NCBI RefSeq assembly: GCF_004010195.1
Contig: NC_057719.1
Coordinates: 44,396,444-44,460,443, forward strand
DNA from: Chiloscyllium plagiosum
Lineage: Eukaryota
Direction of reading: 5' to 3'
DNA length: 64,000 nucleotides
Below, piece by piece: positions 51,531 to 64,000 of the stretch (position 1 is its first letter; the number at the start of each line of letters is the position of its first letter). The notes beneath the pieces are model-generated. The model was not told the DNA's origin. It did no database searches and was given only the letters and a program-made list of their open reading frames with translations. The position numbers were made by a program, and so were the translations under genes.

Positions 51531-52979
51531 GCGATAGAGCAGCAGTGGCTCAGAAGACTTTGACTTTCCCATTTAGTCATTGCTGATATTTGCAGCCCCC
51601 TGAAGTAGACTTCTTGCCAGGTGAGCAAGGTGAACACACATTGGAGCAGAGGTCAGAAGTCTTGAATCTCTTCATCACTGGCTTCTTCCTGAAATATGCA
51701 GGTAACATCTACAGAATCTCACAATCTCTACATGTAAGTGCATCTTCCAAGTGGTGATACCATATTTGTTTGGGCCATCATTACCATCCACTGTGAATCT
51801 AATTGAGACTTGGTGCTTTTGCTGAATTCCCATAGCAACAGGGACTCATAGACTATACCCATCAAGCACCAGTATTCATCAATCAAAAACTACTTCAAAC
51901 CATTAACATTTAGCTGATATGTAACTGCTGCAAGATTACTTTGCATGTCTATGCTATGATTTCCTCATTCTTCAGTGGGCATACTTTCCACAGATACTCA
52001 TATCTCTAAGCAAAGTCAATGGATGTCTCTATGGATGTGGCTGCTGACAACTGTGAGAAGCAATATTACTGAAATACACAGCTAAAGCCAAATGAAAACA
52101 AGAGCAAGCCATTGGTACCTGAAGATGTTTTCAGTGCTGTACAGATCTGGGGTCACTTCAATTTATCCTAGCAGGGGCATCCAGCATTATAGTGGTGTGC
52201 TGCATTTTGCGTAAAACACTGTAGCAGAGAGAAGTGAGGTCCACTCCATACCATTAGAGATGGAAGAAAAGGAAGAATAGGATGAGGAAGAAGCTGATGC
52301 AGCCATAGAACCTGCAACCGGCAACTACTTAGCTGCAACCGAAGCCAAGGATGGACTCATTCAGTCATGGTTCAGATAATCTGACACAGTATATCATTTG
52401 GTACAACAATGCTGAATGTACAAAATATTCTTATGGTCAACAATTATCCCTCCCACAAACACTCATTGTTCATCTCTATTCTTATCATAATAGTTTTTGC
52501 AACACTGCCAAGCAACAGATAACAATGGGAATAATTAGTCAATGGAACTTTGAAATAAAGTTAATACGTAAAACTGTCACCAAAAATTACAAATTTAATA
52601 AACCTTTAAATACTCACAATTCCCTTTGTGAAATTACAATGATTTGCTGTTCCTTTTCCGACACACTGTCAAGATACAAGCTTGGATGGCTTCAGCAGAG
52701 ATAGAAGCAGGATGTTCCCCTGCTCCTTAAACTAAGGTGCTCGTCACAGACATTGCTTAGGTTTCAGGGAAGGTGAGAGGCCCACCAGAGACAGCCTCAA
52801 CAACTTGGCAATTCTAACAGGAGGCATCATGAAGAAATCTGTCTGAGGGAAATTCAAGGGGGAGAAGTATCCCAGTTCCTTGTGTCCTTTCTTTACCTCC
52901 CCCATTGTAACCAACCTGAACTTTCCTGCTAACCAAGAATTGAAGGGCACTTTGCTGCACCTCAGTGAGACTACATTTT

Positions 52980-53105
52980 CTTTCATGCTTTTATAACTGC
53001 TAGACTGAGTGTGCAGGCTATTGGTCATACTTCTTTAACTGGTAGAGTGAGTGTGCAGGCCATTGGTCATGCTTTTTTAATTGGTAGACTGATTGTGCAG
53101 GCCAT
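52980..53105. repeat. About 3 copies of a ~42-bp tandem repeat
   Basis: Unit TCATGCTTTTTTAACTGGTAGACTGAGTGTGCAGGCCATTGG repeated with divergence. Confidence 0.7.
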
Positions 53106-55054
53106 CGTGTCTGAATGTTCCATGCAGGCAGCCACTCCTTCCATGGAGACAAACACAGTGCAAAAATCTGAGACATTATGTCACCAATTTGAGAGACAAA
53201 GTCTTCCAATCTTGCTCCAATTTTGAGCAGTGCCCCGGAAATGCTTTGCAGTTTTTCTGCTGCTACTTCAGCATAGTCTTCTTTATATCCTCAAGTGTCA
53301 GCATCTTCAGCCTGCTGACCAGAACTTGCAATGTCCATAATCGTCTGTTGGGATTTCTCCAGTGCTGTTTCTGCTACTTACTGATGATGTGCCTGTAACA
53401 GGTGACAAACTAAATTTCTTCCTTGAAAACCCCACTGAGGTATTTATATAAGTACCTGAGCTAATAGAGAGTATACATAAACCAGGCGACAGTGCTTCCT
53501 CAGTTCTCATGACCACTTCAGAGGCATCTTCCTCCAGCACTAATTGGCATGGTGAAAGCACTCTAATCATGCAGATCATCACTCCTCATGAATTGTTTAT
53601 ATGAAATTAATATGAGTAAGTGTTATATACCTTGGAGTTTGCTGTATCTAATGTCATCAGGTAGTTGGGAGACACACATCTTTCCCCTGCCAATGGTCAT
53701 TCATGCCATGATTTTACTTTATGTCACATACTAGTCACTAGTGAAGAAAGCAAGGTGTTTGACAAATGAATCTGTTGAGAGGACAGAATAACAATATTTT
53801 TAGAGGGCGGCTGTGAGAGATGAGAGAGAGATGACGATCAGATAATGATATGGTTAGATAGGAGTAACAGTAAGTACCTTGACCGAGTGGAATGTGTCAA
53901 CCTGCAAAGCATGTTCATCTGAGGAGCCTTGTGAAAGGGAAGGCTGGAGAAGTCAGAGTAGGACCATACTATCCTGCCCTGATGAAGTCATTGGAACACT
54001 TTCTGCACTGTGTCCATGAGTGAATGATCACATCTTTGCTGTTAACCTACTCAGCTACTTCCAGCCAAACTTGCTTGATTTCCAAGCTAAGCTTCTTCAT
54101 TCCATCCTCTGAGATCAAAATGTCTCTGCAGATTCCAATCAGGATGATGTTAAGGGAGGCCTCGGAAAACTGCTGGACTGTCTTCCCTCATTGAGATTCC
54201 ATCATTTCAGGTTGCATTTGTCACTTGTTATTTGTAGAATGGGTTATGAAGTCTCCTGCTGGAGTCACTTTAAATATAAAAGCTTTGTCAATTGGTTGGC
54301 AAACCTTGGAAGCAGGATGCCAAAGTAGAGTTAAAGAACCATTGAAAAAAACCCATTCCTCAAACTTGCAGATTCCTAATCCACTGACTGCCTGCCCCAC
54401 TGAGACTATGTTCAAATATTAAAATTCAGACCTTTGTATCTTTCAAAGTATAATTATTTTTGATATTAATTAACTTAAAAGCAATGTTGGGCTGTGTCAA
54501 AAACCAATTAATGTATCTTAAGTGCAGAACAATCTGTATAAAAAATCTCATATGCCTATCACTGACATAATTTAGCAGTAAGTCTACAAGCTGAGAAGAA
54601 AGAATCCAGCCGCCTGGGAGTGAAAGTCTTACCCTTATTTTCTGCATTACTCAAAACCCACATGAAACAGGCAGTCAGTTTTGGCAAAATTCAATATTTG
54701 AGATATGAATGACTTTGATGTCCAGAGAGGAAGAGATGGACCTGTAGGAACAAAAAAGTAAACTTGTCCAGAGCAAATGTCCAGAATGGTTTCAACTTCT
54801 CAACTCCAATTATAAAATGGAAAGTAGTCTGTGAATGGAGGAGACAAAATAAAACATAGTGTACTAACATGGAGCTGTGAGGGTTTTCTCTGTGTTCTTG
54901 TGAAACAAGTGACATGCAGATGGTGGACGCAGTTGGAACACTTTTAAGATGTAACCTATGATGATGGTGGGCTCTAAAATCTGAATAAAGCTCAAACATA
55001 AATATAAACAAATGCTCAACATGTTAAAGTCTGGATTCTCTTTTTTATTAACAA

Positions 55055-56200
55055 AATCAACTTGTACTTATATAGCAACTTAACATACAGGTAAAAATGA
55101 CACAGGGTGGTTTGATGTTAATGTCACTGGGCTAGTCATTCAAAGGCCTTGGCTAATGCTGTGGGACATAGATTTAAACCCCATCATTATAGATAGTGGA
55201 ATTTGAATTCAATGGAAAAAAATCTGGAATTCAAAGTTTCAGAGTGGCCATGATTGTTGTGAAAATTCTTCTATTTCAGCAATGTCCCTCACGGAATAAA
55301 ATCTGCTGTTTTTACCTGTCCTGGTCTACATGTGACTCCAAACCTACAGCAATGTAATTGATTCCCCTTTGAAATGTCCTAACAAGCTGCTCAATTCAAG
55401 GATAATTCACTTTGTGCAGCAAATGTTGGCCTTGCCAGCAATGCCCACATCCCATCAAAGATTATATTAAACAAAAGACCCAAGGGTATCCCCGGGGCAT
55501 TTATAAGACAAGACAGGACATCGAGTCACATAAGGAAATATGAAAGAAGATGATCAAGACCTTAGTCAAGATGATAAGTTTTAAGGACTAACTAAAAGGT
55601 TAAATAAATTGAAGAGGTTCCAGTGCTTGGGGCACATGCAGCTGATGGCATAGCTACTGGTGGTGGAAGAATTAAAATTGGGATGCTCGAGGGGTCAGAA
55701 CACATAGAGCACAGCTATCTAGGACTCAGAGAATGCAGTGATAGGGAGAGTTGAGGCCATGGAGGAATCAGTAAATAGTGATGAGATTTTCAAGTCGAGT
55801 ATTGTTTATCTGGGAGCCAACATCAGTAATCACATGGGTTTTAGGTGACTAGGACTTGGTATGAGTTTAGAGTACAGTAGAATTTGGATGACCTTAAGCT
55901 TAGAGAGAAAAGAGTAAAGGATGCTGAGAGGAGAGCATTGGAATAGTCAAATCTAGAGGTAACAAAGGCATAAATAAAGTTGAGCTGGGCAGAAGTAAAA
56001 CTGGGCAATATCCTGGAAGTGGAAAGAGGGATTCTTTGTGATAGTGCAAATATGTAGTTAGAAACTTAGCTTGGGGCTAAATATGACGTTAAATTTGCAA
56101 ACAGTTTGGTTCAGTTTCAGATAGTTGCCAAGAAGAAGGATGAAGTCAGTGGTGAAAGGTAAAGTTTCACATGGGGATTGAAAACAATGTCTCTTGCAAT
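55055..56200 (-). mobile_element. L2-type LINE 3' fragment with a nested plus-strand SINE (55105-55470)
   Basis: AACTTGTACTTATATAGC 3' end; purine-rich L2-like antisense sequence (GGAATAGTCAAATCTAGAGGTAACAAAGGCAT). Confidence 0.6.
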
Positions 56201-56247
56201 AAATTAACTCCGAATGCTGAAAACCCTCACTTAAAGTTGTAGAGCCA

Positions 56248-58125
56248 TACAGTCATAGAGATGTACAGCTCGGAAACAGACCCTTCAGTCCAACCCGTCC
56301 ATGCCGACCAGATATCCCAACCCAATCTAGTACCTGGCCCATATCCCTCTAAACCCTTCCTATTCATATACCCATCCAGATGCCTTTTAAATGTTGCAAT
56401 TGTATGAGCCTCCACCACTTCCTCTGGCAGCTCATTCAATACCCATACCACCCTCTGTGTGGAAAAAAAGTTGCCCCTTAGGTCTCTTTTATGTCTTTCT
56501 CCTCTCACCCTCTAATTCTGAACTCTCCCACCACGGGAAAAGACTTTGTCTATTTATCCTATCCATACCACTCATGATTTTATAAACTTCTATAAGGGCA
56601 CCCCTCAGCCTCCCACGCTCTAGGGAAAACAGCCCTAGCCTATTCAATCTCTCACTATAGCTCAAATCCTCCAACCCTGTCAACATCCTTGCAAATCTTT
56701 TCTGAACCCGTTCAAGTTTCACAACACCATTTCGAAAGGAAGAAGACCAGAATTGCACACAATATTCCAACAGTGGCCTACCCAGTATCCTGCACAGCCG
56801 CAACATGACCTCCCAACTCCTGTACTCAATACTGACCAATAAAGGAAAGCATACCAAATGCCTTCTTCACTATCCTGTCTACCTGCGACTCCACTTTCAA
56901 GGAGCTATGAACCTGCTCCAAATTCTCTTTGTTCAGCAACACTCCCTAGGACCTTACCATTAAGTGTATAAGTCCTGCTAAGTTTTGCATTCCCAAAATG
57001 CTGCACCTCGCATTTATCTGAATTAAACTCCATCTGCCACTTCTCAGCCCATTGACCCATCTGATCAAGATCCTGTTGTAATCTGAGGTAATCTTCTTCA
57101 CTGTTCACTGCATCTCCAATTTTGGTGTCATCTGCAAACTTACTAACTATACCTCTTAAGCTCACATCCAAATCATTTATATAAATGATGAAAAGTAGTG
57201 GACCCAGTACTGATCCTTGTGGCAATCCACTGGTCACACGCCTCCAGTCTGAAAAACAACCCTCCAACACCACCCTCTGTCTTCTACCTTTGAGCCAGAT
57301 CTGTATCCAAATGGCTAGTTCTCCCTGTATTCCATGAGATCTAACCTTGCTAACCAGTCTCCCATGGGGAACCTTATCGAACGCCTTACTGAAGTCCATA
57401 TAGATCACATCTACCTCTCTGCCCTCATCAATCCTCTTTGTTACTTCTTCAAAAAACTCAAGTTTGTGAGACATGATTTCCCATGCATAAAGCCATGTTC
57501 ACTATCTCTAATCAGTCCTTGCCTTTCCAAATACATGTACATCCTGCCAATCAGGATGCCTTCCAACAACCTGACCACCACCGATGTCAGGCTTACTGGT
57601 CTATAGTTCCCTGTCCTTACCATCTTTCTTAAACAGTGGCACTACATTACCTGAAGTGACACTTCCTGAAGAAGGGCTTATGCCCGAAACGTCGATTCTC
57701 CTGCTCCTTGGAGCTGCCTGACCTGCTGCGCTTTTCCAGCAACACATTTTCAGCTCTGATCTCCAGCATCTGCAGTCCTCACTTTCTCCACTACATTAGC
57801 CAACCTCCAGTCTTCCGGCACCTCACCTGTGACTATTGATGATACAAATATCCCACTAAGCAGCCCAGCAATCACTTCCCTATCTTCCCACAGAGTTCTA
57901 GGGTCCACCTGATCAGGTCCTCGGGATTTATCCACTTTTATGCATTTCAAGATATTCAGCATTTCCTCCTCTGTAATATGGACATTTTTCTAGATGTCAC
58001 TATCTATTTCCCTACATTCTATATCTTCCATGTCCTTTTCCACAGTAAATACTGATGCAAAATACCCATTTAGTATATGCCCCATCTCCTGCAGCTCCAC
58101 AAAAAGACTGCCTTGCTGATCTTTG
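56248..58125 (-). mobile_element. HER1-type CR1 LINE fragment (RT)
   Basis: ORFs 56489-56857, 56905-57474 ([13 protein letters not shown]...KFADDTK), 57441-57623, 57750-57962. Confidence 0.92.
57650..57788 (+). mobile_element. Penelope-derived mini-element with hammerhead core, inserted in CR1
   Basis: CTGAAGA(57666-57672)-A-GGGC-TTAT-GCCC-GAAA-CGTC; 10-bp TSD CACTACATTA (57640-57649, 57789-57798). Confidence 0.88.
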
Positions 58126-58269
58126 AAAATTTTACTACTTTCTTGTTCTTGTGTTCTTTTTGCTACTGTGGTACACTATGGTTTGATGATCCAGCTGTGG
58201 AGAGATTACCAGACTGACTCCTGGGATGACAGGACTGACGTATAAAGACAGACTGAATTGGTAAGGACT

Positions 58270-58690
58270 ATATTCATTGATATTTAGAAGACTTGGGGGG
58301 GCACGAGGGGAGACAGCGGTGGGGTGTGTGCAGGGAAGGATCTCATAGAAATCTGTAAAATTTTAACAGCACTAGACAGGTTAAACACAAGAGAGATGTT
58401 CCTGATGGAGAGGAATCCAGTACCAGCGGCCGCAGCTTAAGGATATAGGCTAGGCCACTTAAGACTAAATTGAGGAGTTTCGTCAACCAGAGATTGGTGA
58501 GCCTGTGTAAATCTCTGCCACAGAAAGCAGTTCAGGCCAAAACATTGCATATTTTCAAGGAGTGAGATATAGTTCTTAGGCTGAATGGATCAAAGTGTAT
58601 GGGGAGAAAACAGAAACAGAGTACTGAGTTGAATGATCAGCCATGATCATATTGAATAACCTACACCTGTTCCTATTTTCTATATTTAGT
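58270..58690 (+). mobile_element. CR1 LINE 3' end
   Basis: GGATCTCATAGAAATCTGTAAAATT...GATCAGCCATGATCATATTGAAT...CCTATTTTCTAT tail. Confidence 0.7.
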
Positions 58691-58854
58691 CTTGGTCCTG
58701 TTTGAATCCAGTTCAGTGTCCTGAACCTCCTGCTCATCCTATATCTTGCTCTCTATTTTCCTGGGTTGCCATGGACTCTCCCTCCCATACTCATGGTGTC
58801 AAATCCACATTTGGCAGCAGCCAAGTTTACATTTTCTTTCACATTCAAGCAGGT

Positions 58855-60640
58855 TTTAGGTCTGAGGCATTCAAGTCTGCTGTCCCTGACCTATACAGGA
58901 AATCTCGGTATGATAGTCGCAAAGCCATCAGGGACACCAATAGACATTGCCAGACTAACCTAGAGTCCCAGACTAACTACACAAACATACATCGTGGGAA
59001 GCTTATAACTGACTGCAAAGTGAAGTAGAATTGCTGAAAACAACGATTAGCTCAATGCATTCTCTGCTCGTTTTGAACAGAAGTTTAGTCAAATTATGTC
59101 ACCTGCCCTGACAACCTCGGGTGCTCCTGCCTCCACAGTCACTGCCTCTAGTGTCAGACCAGCCTTCTTCCGAGTGAACCCCCAGAATGCGACTGGTCCA
59201 GATGGAGTCCCCTGGCTGTGCACTCAGATCCTGCATGGACCAGTCAACAAGAATGCTTGCAGACATCTTTAACATCTCCTAACTATGATGTGAAGTTCCT
59301 ACTTGCTTCAAGAAAACCACTTTCATCCTAATGCCAAAGAAAAATAAACCAACGTGCCTTAATGACTACTGCCCAGTGCCTCTGACATCATCATTAGGAA
59401 GTGGCTCGAGAGGTTAATAATTGTACACATCAACTGTAAACTACCATATTGCCTTGATCCACTACAATTCGCTTACTGTCACAGTAGACGCCAGCTCCCT
59501 GGCTCTATGGTCATCCCTGAAACATCTGGATAACAAAGATATTTGTTGACTTTGGCTCCGCCTTCAACACCATAACTTCAACAAAACTCGTCTCCAAACT
59601 CTGAGACCTAGGACTCTGCTCCCCTTTCTGCAACTGGATCCTTGACTTCCTGACCTGCAGACCACAATCAGTAAGAATAGGCAACAACACCTTCTCCATG
59701 ATAATCCTCAACACTGACACCCTGTTGGCTGCTTATTCAGCCCCCTACTATACTCTTTATACACTCACAACTGTGTGGCCAAATTCAACTCTAACTGCAT
59801 TTACAAATTTGCTGGTGACACCACCATAGTGGGTCAGATATCAAACAACAATGACCAGAGAACAGGAAAGAGATAGACAGCTTAGTGGCATGGTGTAAAG
59901 ACTACAACCTCTCCCTCAATGTCAATAAAGTGAAAGAGATGGTCATCAGCTTCCGGAAGTGAAGTGAGGGGCATGTCCCTGTCTGTATCAATGATGCTGA
60001 GAGACAGCTTTAAGTTCCTTGGAGTACATATTACCAACACTCTATCCTGGTCTATCCACTTCAACATTACAGTCAAAAAAGCACACTAATGCCTTTACTT
60101 CCTCAGAAGTCTATGGAAATTTGGCATGCCGATGATGACTCTTACCAATTTCTATAGTTGTACCACAGAAAGCATCCTCTCTGAATGCATCACAACTTCG
60201 TATCCCAACTGCTGTGCCCAAGATTGCAAGATATTATAGAAAGTTGTGAACACAGCCCAGACCATTATGAAAACCAGCTTTGCTTCCATTGACTTGCCTA
60301 CACTCCTGCTGCCTCAGGAAAACATCTAACATAATCAAAGGCCCCTCCCACCCCAGGTATACTCTCTTCCACCTTCTTCCATCGGGCAGAGGATACCAAA
60401 GTTTGAAAACAAGTACCAACAAATTTAAGAACAGCTTCTTCCCTGCTGTTATTAGATTTAAGAGTGTACCTCTCATATGTTAGAGTTGATTTTTCTCTGC
60501 ACCTTCTTTGTAGCTGTAACGCTATATTCTGCATTCTGTTCTATTATCCTGATGTACTTATGTAAGGTATGATTTGTCTGGTTAGCATGAAATACAATAC
60601 TTTTCACTGTGTCACTGTGAGTAATAAACCAAATCAACTC
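58855..60640 (+). mobile_element. Rex1/Babar LINE, decayed RT
   Basis: [67 protein letters not shown]...NKFKNSFFPAVIR. Confidence 0.85.
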
Positions 60641-61737
60641 AAAAATTATACAACATATCCAGGAAAATTAATTTATTTGCTATTGGGCACACATCATTTA
60701 GACAATAATGGTGTATAACACCTGTTTGATTAAAAATAAACAGCATTACTACAGGTGCACAAAGTGTCAGATTTTCTTTTATTTGTTCATAGGTGTGTGC
60801 ATTTGATGGCAAGGCCAACATTTATTGTCTGTACATATTTGCCCTTTGGAAGGTCATGGGTGAATATAATCATTGTAGCATATTCCCTGAGAATACTGCA
60901 TGTACAACACTGGGCTGTCTCTTCAATGTCAGAAAATAGATCTCTCATGCTATTTTTCTTGTTACCTTTGTATTAACCTCATATTTTCATTTAATAACAG
61001 GATCTTTTTTGGGAGAACCTTTCAGAAGCCTTTTTTGTCCGATGCTTCATCTTAAAAACAGAATTGCTTGATATATCTTATAAATGTACAAAATGTCCTC
61101 CCATAAAATGTGAAGAATTATGGTTTAAACTTGACTGTTTCCTGTACAGTTTAAACTGGTCAAGTAATGAAAAATAATAGAGACATAAATGATTTAAAAA
61201 TGCATTTCAATTAGTATTTAAATTAAACCAAAGAAGAATGCAATGCTCAAATCTAATTCTATGTAATTAAAGAGTAACAGTCACCACAAAGTAGAAGAAC
61301 GCCATATCCTAATTAGACTTAGAACAAAGAACAAAGAAAATTACAGCCCAGGAACAGGCCCTTCGGCCCACTAAGCCTGACTCAATTTAGATCCTCTATC
61401 TAAACTTGTCACCTATTATCTAAGTATCTGTATCCCTCTGCTCCCTGCCCGTTCATGTATTTGTCGAGATACATCTTAAATGACGCATATGAAAATGTAG
61501 TGAAAATAAAGAAGAGGAATCAAAGATAAAAACGTTTGATTGGAAATGAGTTAGTTTCAGCTGGATAAAACAGCATTGATCTTAGCGGTCTCAAACAAAA
61601 TTGATAGACTAACGAACAGGCGAACATGATATCATCAAACAGATCAAGTACAAATTAAATGCATTTCAAGCAGAAGCAAAAAGATTTGCCAAAGATTGTG
61701 GTTTAATTGGATAAATAGAGATTCAAGAGAAAAAGGT

Positions 61738-62150
61738 ATGCATTTCAATTGGGCCTTTTACAACAACTGGACATCTCCAAATTAATCACAGCCAACAAAA
61801 TACTTTTGAAGTGTGCAATTCCAATATAGCAATTGTAGCATCAAATGTTTACACAGGTAACCCCCATGAACAGCAATATGAAAATGACAAGAACATTTGT
61901 TTTTCTAATGCTGATTGAGGGATGAATTTTGGGCAGTATGTTGAGAAATAGTCCTCTGCTGTTTTTCAAATTTGGGATTTTAATCTGCCTGAAAGGACAG
62001 GTGAGATCTTAGTTCAATGTATTATCTAAAAGACAATACCACCAACAATGCAGCACTCCTCCAGTGCTGTAATGGAGTGTCAGCCTTAACACTTATGCTC
62101 GTATTCTGCAAACAGACTTCAATCCAAAAATGTATGTCCTGAAGTATAGT
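61738..62150 (-). mobile_element. DeuSINE (SacSINE1-like)
   Basis: Deu-domain-like AAAGACAATACCACCAACAATGCAGCACTCCTCCAGTGCTGTAATGGAGTGTCAGCCT and ACAGCCAA...TACTTTTGAAGTGT in reverse orientation. Confidence 0.7.
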
Positions 62151-62279
62151 ACAGTGGCATTACAGTGTAACCTGGATGGGGCTATAATTCTTAAGCTTCA
62201 CTGATGAAGCACTCACTACTGTGCACTTGCCTTTTTGACCCTCGTGAGTATATACAGCTTGGAGAGGACATGTGCCTTT

Positions 62280-62525
62280 TTATTTTATTCACTTGTAAGA
62301 TGTGGGTGTCTCTGGCTGAGCCATCCCAAGTTGCCTTTGAGAAGGTGATGTTGAGCTGCCTTCTTGACCAGCTACAGTCCGCTTGCTGTGATTGACCACA
62401 ATGCCCTTAGGGAGGGAATCCCAGGATTTTGATCCACTAGAATGAAAGGATAGCAGTATATTTCCAAGTCAGGATGATGAGTGGCTTAGAGGGATCTTCC
62501 AGGTGGTGGTAATCCCATGTTTCTT
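62280..62525 (-). mobile_element. Old CR1/L2-group LINE 3' end
   Basis: Similar to 48725-48970 (TTGAGAAGGTG.TG...GCTGCCTTCTTGA, AGGGAGGGA.T.CCAGGATTTTG). Confidence 0.7.
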
Positions 62526-62849
62526 TTTTTTCAATATATTTTTCTTGAAAAAATAGTTTTTTAATATTACAACAAGTAAAAAAGCAAGCTCAATTGGTAA
62601 TTTTTAATGTCTGGAAGGTCCACTCCCCCCAATCTGTGAGGTAGTTGCAGTTGCAGTTTAGCTCATTTAGTGAGGGGCTGCTTACGTTGCCAAATAAAGG
62701 AACTGAACCAAATGTTCAGCCTCCTGAGAGTTTGCTTATTGAAAATCAGGGAAGCATCCGTATAGGGTATAGCAAACGGGGGAGAATATTCATCTTAATA
62801 AGCGCTATCCGACCCAGCCATGCGACTAGAGGTGCCTCACATCTTTGAA

Positions 62850-64000
62850 GATCTTGTTTAATTTTTTTCAAATAATTGGATAAAAGTGGCTTTGATCAGC
62901 CAATCCAGAACTGGAGTAATGAATGTGCCCAAATACACAAAACATCCCTGTGACCACCTAAATGTTAATTGATAATCACCCTCAAGACCTAGCTCCTTCG
63001 AAAGACCACCCATAGACATAGCATCTGATTTCACAAAATGAATCTTGTACCCCGAAAAAGCACCAAACGCACTAATGCATTGTATCAGGTGAGGCACTGA
63101 AACTGCTGGATTTGTCATAAAAATTAGGACATCGTCTGCATACAATGAAATCTTATGTAATTTTGACCCCACTTCTGGAGCTGATGTATTGGGATCCCCA
63201 CGAATGGCCTCCACCAATGGTTCAAACACCAACGTAAAAAGCAGTGGTGAAAGGGGACAGCCCTGCCGGCTGCCCCTAAAAATATTAAAATTGCTTGATC
63301 ATACCCCATTGGTGATGACCGCCATGAGAGGGCCATCGTAGAGAACCTTTACCCAACTTATAAAGACTTCGCCTAAACCAAACCGCTCCAGAGTATAGAA
63401 AAGCTACGGCCACTCGACTCGGTCAAATGCCTTTTCTGCATCAAGAGAAATCACCAATCCCTGTACTGACTGTTGTTGACATGTTTGAATTATACTAAAT
63501 GGCCTCCTAACATTACTGGAGGATCTACAGCTCTTCATGAAGCCCATCTGATCCTCTTTAATAATAGAAGGTAACACAGTCTCCAGCCTTAATGCCAGTT
63601 ATTTAGAGAGGATTTTAAAGTCCACATTTAAGAGTGAGATGGGCCTGTATGAAGCACAGTCTTCTGGGTCCTTCCCTTATTTAAGGATAAATGAAATATT
63701 GGCCTGTCTCAGAGATAGTGGTAGACAACCATGACTGTATGAATCATTAAACATATTGAGCATTGGGCCTGACAGTATACTTATAAATTCCTTATAGAAT
63801 TCACTGGGAAGTCTGTCAGGACTGGGTGCCTTTCCACTCTGAAGCTGCCTCATAGCTTCCTGTATCTCTTGCTCTGATAAGGGGGCATTGAGAAAGGACT
63901 TTGTTCAGGAGTCACGCCCGAGAGCTTCAGTTCCCTAAAAAAAAATTCCATTTTGGCCTGCCCCTCCTCACAATCCTCAGATTGGTATAACTTAGAGTAA
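62850..64000 (-). mobile_element. L1/Tx1-clade LINE RT fragment
   Basis: GKAPSPDRLPSEFYK, SYRPISLLNVDFKILSK, ISLDAEKAFDRVEWP, RQGCPLSPLLF, KISLYADDVLIF, FSGYKI. Confidence 0.9.

Larger units (their letters stand above)
48540..54205. mobile_element. Harbinger/PIF DNA transposon relic: transposase (+) and Myb/SANT-like gene (-)
   Basis: Plus strand: HRVYRQRITFLS (48683-48718), then after a LINE IEQQWLRRL*LS (51534), LNLFITGFF...ISQS, AEFP*QQGLIDYT, FINQK...INI*LIC, EQAIG...IIVVCCIL (52102-52210). Minus strand from 54202: FSEASL...VWLEVAE*VNSK...WTQCRK. Confidence 0.78.

Noticed and set aside
52980-53105. Tandem repeat considered as a CRISPR-like array
   Set aside because: Contiguous units without unique spacers, in eukaryotic DNA inside a transposon relic.

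Overview
This is eukaryotic genomic DNA from a cartilaginous fish. HE1/V-SINEs, HER1-type CR1 LINEs and a SacSINE1-like DeuSINE point to a shark; the species cannot be read from the sequence. The only host gene I can support is TRIM9 (RING/B-box/coiled-coil E3 ligase) on the minus strand: coding exon 1 (44732-43956, in a CpG island), exon 2 (6529-6434) and exon 3 (3873-3751), all with canonical phase-0 GT-AG junctions. The gene continues beyond the left edge. Most of the rest is decayed transposable elements: CR1, L2, L1 and Rex/Babar LINEs, several SINE families, Penelope fragments and a Gypsy relic. The less obvious structures are: (1) a decayed GalEa-like Ty1/Copia retrotransposon spread over ~11 kb of intron 1 and split by nested insertions; (2) ~90-200 bp Penelope-derived insertions, several with target-site duplications, each carrying a minimal hammerhead ribozyme core; (3) a two-gene Harbinger/PIF transposon relic upstream of TRIM9, split by a LINE. 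I do not see a convincing wholly new biological system; the hammerhead mini-elements and the Copia relic are the best leads. All family calls come from motif recognition by eye, not database searches, and most repeat boundaries are approximate.
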